Below are positions 58,873 through 64,000 of a stretch of DNA of 64,000 bases, one piece after another. A program made the position numbers and the translations under genes. This stretch comes from Candidatus Latescibacterota bacterium (lineage in GTDB: Bacteria; Latescibacterota; UBA2968), in contig OZ240241.1 in NCBI GenBank assembly GCA_965198115.1, positions 6,816,001-6,880,000 on the forward strand. The letters are read 5' to 3'. Under the pieces are notes generated by a model. It had not been told where the DNA came from, did not search any database, and saw only the letters and a program-made list of their open reading frames with translations. Position 1 is the first letter of the stretch, and the number at the start of each line of letters is the position of its first letter.

Positions 58873-60329
58873 GATGCCTCTCCTAACCAGAAAGAGTAGA
58901 CCTTAGCACCCTCCAATTGGAACCTGGCTCGGACCAACCCTGTCACAGATTCAGACGTGTTCCAGTTCACTCGAGCACGCAGCTGATCTCCACGAATCGC
59001 ATCACAGTTCTCCGCCGCGTATCCTTTCAGGGTCTTACCCGTCTCAACGTTCAGTAGTTCGACTCGCAAGCTGCCCTCGACCGTCGTATTGAGGTAAAGA
59101 TCTCCACCAGTCCATTCGAAGGGTTCGGTAACCACTGTGCCGTGACCAGCATCGAGGGAGATAAAACCGTCCAGCCGAAGCTTGGCCAGACACAAGGCCC
59201 CGATGTCATCGTGGTATGCCCCGTCAACAACGTCCCCGTAGAGCTCCTGCGGGCCTCGGAAGCGGTAGGCGTTGTAGTAAATCCAGATCTCGTCGTCGCG
59301 AATTTGGGGTCGCCCGGCAAGAAGGTTCTGTGCGCAGCCGTAGTTGACGCCATCCCAGGGGTCTATCCCAATGAAGAGTGCCCGGTCTCCGACTCTGTCC
59401 CAGTGATACAGGTCGCGCGAGGTCGTTAGTTCGACCTGATTCAGCGCCGTGTAGTTCAGATGCGGAGGTGGAATTGCAGCGGCGGGATTGAAGAGGACGG
59501 GGAATCCGACGTAGATGCCTTCGTAGGGGAGAATGGGCATCTGGTAGACTTCGGCGATGAAATCGGTATCGTGGATGAGTGGTGGAGAAAGATAATCTGG
59601 GTGCTCGACGACCTCCTGAATGCGTCGAGCGCGGTTCTCACGATCGACTTCGTCGGAGTGGAAGATCAGCTCTGGCTTCGACCATTGCACGAAGTCTTTG
59701 CTGGTGCAGAGCCAGACGGACCGCCCCCAATCGGTTTTGTGTTTCACGGTCGCGACGAACTGTTCCGTCTGCTCATCGTAGGTACAATGGGATTCGTCTT
59801 GGCTCGGTACGGGCGGCACATCGAGCGCGGTCCAGTCGAATCCGTCGGGAGAAACCTTGACGACACGATCGATTTTGCCGAAGAGTCCTTTGTATCGGCG
59901 CGCTGGATTCGGATCACGATCATCGCGAAGGACATGGTAGACCGTCTGCTTGCCTTCGGCTGGATCGAGGGCCACGCTGTTGTCCGTGTTCCCCTGCCAC
60001 TCGTGAAGCCCGAGGGGGGACGTGTCCCACGTCTCGCCGTCGCCCGACGTCGCGTAATGCGGGAGATAGATGCTCGCGGTGTGACGTGGTCCATACGGTT
60101 CGGTTGGGTAGTAGGCCCAGTACCACCATTCCCAGACCTTCTTTTCCGGGTTCCAGAACGGGGCGCTGCGGCTCTGGACGGCGTTTTGGTTTCGTGATTG
60201 ATCGGGCCGGATGACGGGGCCGCATTTCTCCGCCTGATGGAGCGTTCGCGTGACACCTTCCAGGCTCTGGATAGCGCCATCGTCGAGGAAGAGCTGTCTG
60301 TGTTTATCGGGATGGAGTATTCGTGACCC
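58869..60329 (-). CDS. GH32/GH43-like beta-propeller hypothetical protein; canonical start missing
   Basis: The frame is open about 118 codons upstream of GTG 59975 (HRQLFLDD, YATSGDGETW); SPDGFDW, SRDLYHW, LRLDGFISL. Confidence 0.7.
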   Translation of the reverse strand, partial: GSRILHPDKHRQLFLDDGAIQSLEGVTRTLHQAEKCGPVIRPDQSRNQNAVQSRSAPFWNPEKKVWEWWYWAYYPTEPYGPRHTASIYLPHYATSGDGETWDTSPLGLHEWQGNTDNSVALDPAEGKQTVYHVLRDDRDPNPARRYKGLFGKIDRVVKVSPDGFDWTALDVPPVPSQDESHCTYDEQTEQFVATVKHKTDWGRSVWLCTSKDFVQWSKPELIFHSDEVDRENRARRIQEVVEHPDYLSPPLIHDTDFIAEVYQMPILPYEGIYVGFPVLFNPAAAIPPPHLNYTALNQVELTTSRDLYHWDRVGDRALFIGIDPWDGVNYGCAQNLLAGRPQIRDDEIWIYYNAYRFRGPQELYGDVVDGAYHDDIGALCLAKLRLDGFISLDAGHGTVVTEPFEWTGGDLYLNTTVEGSLRVELLNVETGKTLKGYAAENCDAIRGDQLRARVNWNTSESVTGLVRARFQLEGAKVYSFWLGEAS

Positions 60330-60365
60330 CTGGAACTTGCTGGAAGAAGCGCCTGACCACCGCAG

Positions 60366-60407
60366 ATTGAGAATTCGTAATTCCCAATTGGTAATTCGAA
60401 ATCTGTG
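60366..60407. repeat. Degenerate heptamer tandem array
   Basis: ATTGAGA ATTCGTA ATTCCCA ATTGGTA ATTCGAA ATCTGTG. Confidence 0.8.
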
Positions 60408-60411
60408 GAAA

Positions 60412-60729
60412 TCATTTCTCGATGTGGAATACTTCTCTCAGTTCTTTCATAATTGGGCTGTTGTCGGGGTTTGAGGCCATGATTTCACGCATGTGGGCCC
60501 ACCATTTCTTGCAGATTTCCATCTCGGCGACGGCCGCCCAGCGTTCCTCGTCTTCGATCTCGGCGTAGGCGAAGAGCTGATGTGTGTCGGCATCCAGGTA
60601 GATCGAGTAGTCAAGAACTCCCTGAGCTTTGAGCGCTTCTTCGAGCTCTGGCCAGATCGGCCTGTGACGTCTCTCGTATTCTTCGTGCTGGTCGGGGTTG
60701 ACGCTCATGACGAAGGCTTTACGGATCAT
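60412..60729 (-). CDS. rhaM: L-rhamnose mutarotase
   Basis: [36 protein letters not shown]. Confidence 0.93.
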   Translation of the reverse strand: MIRKAFVMSVNPDQHEEYERRHRPIWPELEEALKAQGVLDYSIYLDADTHQLFAYAEIEDEERWAAVAEMEICKKWWAHMREIMASNPDNSPIMKELREVFHIEK

Positions 60730-60755
60730 GGTTTACCTCGTGAAATACTATCCCA

Positions 60756-60781
60756 CCCCTCACGTTCGTTCGGGGCAGGCT
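60756..60781. repeat. CAGG-ended element, second copy
   Basis: CCCCTCACGTTCGTTCGGGGCAGGCT, 25/26 identical to 54224-54249, beside a CACGGAATATACGGA 9-mer array. Confidence 0.85.
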
Positions 60782-60863
60782 ACACACACGGAATATACGG
60801 ACGAAAAGAACCAGAAGATCGAGACCCTATTCGGGGGGATGCTTGAGATACACGGGAGGGTGG

Positions 60864-61994
60864 TTATTCGACCACCTTGCCCGCGCGGATGGTGGTGACT
60901 GGTTCCCAGCAACCGCCGGGGCGCTGTTGACCATCGACGTCGACGAGGGGGAGCGCGTTTTCGTTCCAGCGGAGGACGCAGAGGTCGGCGCATGAACCCG
61001 TGGCGAGTGTGCCGACTTCCCCTGCGAGACCCAGTGCTTCGGCCGGTTTTTCTGTGACGCGGGCGAACGCATCCGTTTCGGTCATGCCGGCGGCGATGAG
61101 TTTCGACATCGTTCGGGGCAGGTCGTGTTGAGGTTCGCTTCCGACGTGACGGTTATACTGGTCGGTGGAAATCGTGTCTGGCAGAAATCCGTCGGCGATG
61201 GCGGCTTCGGCGGTCTCGAAGCTGAAAGAGTTCATGCCGTGACCGATGTCGAACAGGATGCCACGCTCGCGGGCGTCCCTGACAGCACCCCTGATTCGCC
61301 CGTTTTCGATGAGGCTCTCCTCCTTGGCGTTGAAGCAGTAGGTGAGGACATCACCAGTGCGCAGCAGGGAGAGTTGCTCGGGAAGCGGCACATCCGTGGC
61401 GAGCCGGCTGCCGAAAAGCAAAGGTCGATCCGCCTGCTGTGCAGCGTCTATCGCTTGTTTCAGAACATCGCGGGGATCGAATTCGCCGCACGACGCCTCA
61501 CTCGTGTTGACGGCAATGCCCCAAATGAGATCGCCGCCTTCGATTGCTGTGTTCGTGCAGGCGGCGATGTCGAGATCCTCGGGGTTTTCCAGACATCGTG
61601 TCGAGTTCGTTTCGCCCGGGGCGCTGATGCTGAGGGCGAGTCGGACACGCGTGGTCGATCCGTCAATGACATTGTCACGGTACCGGGGCCAGTTGTCGGC
61701 TCCTGCGTCGCCCTGCGACATGACGGTGGTGACGCCACGGGGCAGGAAATGGACATCGGGGTCGACTCCGTAGCGAGAGCTGTCTCGATCCGGATGCGCG
61801 TGGAGATCGACGAGGCCGGGCAGTAGTAGCGCATTGGGATAGCTCAGCGTCTCACGCGCCGAGCCGGATACGTCGGGTCCAGCGGCGACGATGCGGTCTC
61901 CTCGGACTGCGACGGCGCCTGGGCCATCGAGGCCGGTATCGGAACAGAAAACGCGGTCGCATTGGATCAGAAGATCATATTCGGTGTCCGTCAT
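60864..61994 (-). CDS. Amidohydrolase/deacetylase family metallohydrolase (dihydroorotase-like)
   Basis: LPGLVDLHAH, GVTTVMSQGDAG, FDIGHG, TISTD, GTLATGSCAD. Confidence 0.9.
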   Translation of the reverse strand: MTDTEYDLLIQCDRVFCSDTGLDGPGAVAVRGDRIVAAGPDVSGSARETLSYPNALLLPGLVDLHAHPDRDSSRYGVDPDVHFLPRGVTTVMSQGDAGADNWPRYRDNVIDGSTTRVRLALSISAPGETNSTRCLENPEDLDIAACTNTAIEGGDLIWGIAVNTSEASCGEFDPRDVLKQAIDAAQQADRPLLFGSRLATDVPLPEQLSLLRTGDVLTYCFNAKEESLIENGRIRGAVRDARERGILFDIGHGMNSFSFETAEAAIADGFLPDTISTDQYNRHVGSEPQHDLPRTMSKLIAAGMTETDAFARVTEKPAEALGLAGEVGTLATGSCADLCVLRWNENALPLVDVDGQQRPGGCWEPVTTIRAGKVVE

Positions 61995-62026
61995 GCTTTA
62001 CGCACCCAGATAGGTGATGAACCGCT

Positions 62027-63925
62027 TTACAAGTTGACGACGACCCAACTGCTCGTCCCGTGACGACCGAAGGCGTTAATGGGTCGCACCTCGAGGCGGT
62101 TTTCGCCCTTCCCGAGCGACCAGTCGAAACTGCCCTGGCACGTCTCCCATTCACCGTCGCCGTGGCGCGATTCGAATCGGTCGAAGTTCGGCATTTCGAC
62201 GTCCAGGACGACGTAAAGCCGATCCATCGCGTCGGCCTGCTGGAGATGGATCTTCGCTCGATTCACCGACCAGTAAAGGTCTTCCGGCCGCCTCGTGTGA
62301 TGGGAGAACCAGGGGAATGGATCAGTCTTTTCGTCCTGCCAGAAGAGATATCCGTCGTAGTGGTAAGACCCCTTGCCGTGTTCGGGCTCGCCGGGCCCCA
62401 TCGTGACGGTCTCGTCGTTACGCATCGAAATCATGAATCGATCGAAGAGGCTGAGGCGCTTGGCGACTTCGAAACGGTCGTCGGTCGCCGGGGGTGGCTT
62501 GGGGACGAGCGTGACATTGTCGTAATCCTCGTTCACCCAAGCATCGTGGCAGTCGAGTGCGCTCAACGGCACGCCATCGCGTTCGAAGTGATAGGTAAAT
62601 TTGGTCTCGTCGTTGATGTCGCCCCCGACGTCCATGGCCACCCACTTGTCGTGATCTCCAGACCAGACTTCGTTGATGCAATGTGACCGCATGATCTGAG
62701 TACGCGCGACCAGACCGAGGGCGGCACTGCACTGAGACATGACGGTGGCGTAGTGCGTGCACATCCCCAGACTCAGTTTTCTGGAAGTTAGCTCGAGGAT
62801 GAGCGGCGCGTCCCACGGCGGACAGAAGTTGATCTCTCCCATGTTCCACCCGTCTTCCCACTGCTCGCGAACCCATTGTCGGAGGTGAAGGAAGGCATCG
62901 AACTCTGTCTTGGCATCTTGAACGACATTGTTCAGGTTCCAACGATCACGCAACAATCGACCACGCTCGTCGTCGGCCTGCATGTGGGCGAAACGATAGG
63001 GGCTGCGAAGGAGGTCGGGGTTATGGGCGTTGATCACTTGGGACGCGGGTTCGGTCGCGACCTCAAGCTCCGCGGTGAGATGGATTGCGCTCAGAACGGG
63101 TGTGTCGGACGGGGCGTCGGTTTCCAAAACCGCGCGCCACTGTATAAAACGGCCGGGTGCTTCGATTTCGTCTTCGATGAGGTTCCAAGCACTCCACGTT
63201 GCAGGATCGTAGGAAGGTCCTGATCCACTCCGCGTGTAGAGGGTCACGTATGTGCCTGAGGGTGTTTCGGATTCGGTTGTGATCCCCACACGAGTCAGTC
63301 GTCCATCGATCGCGATATCACTGACCGCGAGCAGATCGATCGCTTCCGAACAACAATCCGCCATTGGCAGGTGCTGATCCAGCCAGAGGCGAACCATGTA
63401 CTCCCCGTCCGCTCGGTTGTTGACGCCGAGATCCTCCGATCGCCAGGTCTGCCCGCCATCTTCGCTGAGCGCGCTTCGATCCGGCTGACGGCTGTTCTCG
63501 ATCAACAACGTCCATTGGGCGTCCCCAACAGCTCGAAACACAAATTCGTTCGTTCCCGCGCGAAGATGTTCGACGGGAATCTCGACGGGAGTCCATCGGT
63601 CCTCCCAATAGGGTCGGTCTCCACACCACTTTAGACGAATGGGGTGACCGTTGACGACAATGTCGAGTTCGCCATCGTCCCGATCGCAGTCCAGGTAGGG
63701 GCAGAGTGTGGCTCGGTCTGTGTCGAATTCCCGGATGGCGAATTCTTTTCGAGCCTCGCGGAGACCAGCGACGCGTTCCTGGTCACGAACATTGCAGTTG
63801 CCGATCTCGTCCGCGATGGTCTGACCCCGACGCAAAACGACGCCCTTGTCGGTGACGACCACGTCTTTTCCCGTACACCGCTGGAATGCCGAATGGGTGT
63901 CCCAATGTCTTAGGAGTGAAGTCAT
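62027..63925 (-). CDS. Transglutaminase-like domain protein
   Basis: GMCTHYA...SHCINEVW...KWVAMD gives a Cys-His-Asp triad; Asp-box SEDGGQTW in the N-terminal half. Confidence 0.8.
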   Translation of the reverse strand: MTSLLRHWDTHSAFQRCTGKDVVVTDKGVVLRRGQTIADEIGNCNVRDQERVAGLREARKEFAIREFDTDRATLCPYLDCDRDDGELDIVVNGHPIRLKWCGDRPYWEDRWTPVEIPVEHLRAGTNEFVFRAVGDAQWTLLIENSRQPDRSALSEDGGQTWRSEDLGVNNRADGEYMVRLWLDQHLPMADCCSEAIDLLAVSDIAIDGRLTRVGITTESETPSGTYVTLYTRSGSGPSYDPATWSAWNLIEDEIEAPGRFIQWRAVLETDAPSDTPVLSAIHLTAELEVATEPASQVINAHNPDLLRSPYRFAHMQADDERGRLLRDRWNLNNVVQDAKTEFDAFLHLRQWVREQWEDGWNMGEINFCPPWDAPLILELTSRKLSLGMCTHYATVMSQCSAALGLVARTQIMRSHCINEVWSGDHDKWVAMDVGGDINDETKFTYHFERDGVPLSALDCHDAWVNEDYDNVTLVPKPPPATDDRFEVAKRLSLFDRFMISMRNDETVTMGPGEPEHGKGSYHYDGYLFWQDEKTDPFPWFSHHTRRPEDLYWSVNRAKIHLQQADAMDRLYVVLDVEMPNFDRFESRHGDGEWETCQGSFDWSLGKGENRLEVRPINAFGRHGTSSWVVVNL

Positions 63926-64000
63926 CTCGAAAGCTCCATCGTGTTCAAACGTTGGCCCCGCAAGATCGGTGATCGTTGACGATGAGCAAAGTGTTGCTCG

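Noticed and set aside
525-60806. Short repeat arrays as CRISPR
   Set aside because: Units are 7-9 nt with no unique spacers, and no cas genes are present.
63922-64000. 3' end of an upstream gene at the window edge
   Set aside because: More than one frame is plausible and the sequence is too short to identify.

Overview
64 kb of GC-rich bacterial chromosome (roughly 60% GC by eye). About 55 genes, nearly all on the minus strand, and almost all stand-alone catabolic enzymes: 8 PhyH-family Fe(II)/2-oxoglutarate dioxygenases, 4 amidohydrolases, 2 sialidase-like proteins, GH84, GH95-like, GH32-like and two GHL10-like proteins, 2 enolase-superfamily enzymes, aldolases, Gfo/Idh/MocA, AKR, SGNH, a DMFase beta-subunit homologue, PepF, MsrA, PanE and RhaM. 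This repertoire resembles Latescibacterota/Poribacteria-type genomes (inference only). Two intact IS elements were delimited with ends and target duplications: ISL3 (13396-14815, 8-bp TSD) and ISAzo13 (20192-21485, 3-bp TSD). There is also a RHH/RelE toxin-antitoxin pair and several 3'-only gene remnants. About ten single-base frameshifts, mostly in short homopolymers, point to long-read consensus errors. The most unusual signal is non-coding. Many intergenic spacers carry degenerate 7/8/9-nt tandem arrays, and a family of 23-70 nt structured elements shows covarying stems. Several of these elements sit inside arrays or inside each other, and an uninterrupted array of the same type occurs elsewhere in the window. 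A PhyH paralogue with HxA instead of HxD (halogenase-like) is the best enzymatic lead. No rRNA, tRNA or CRISPR array was found.
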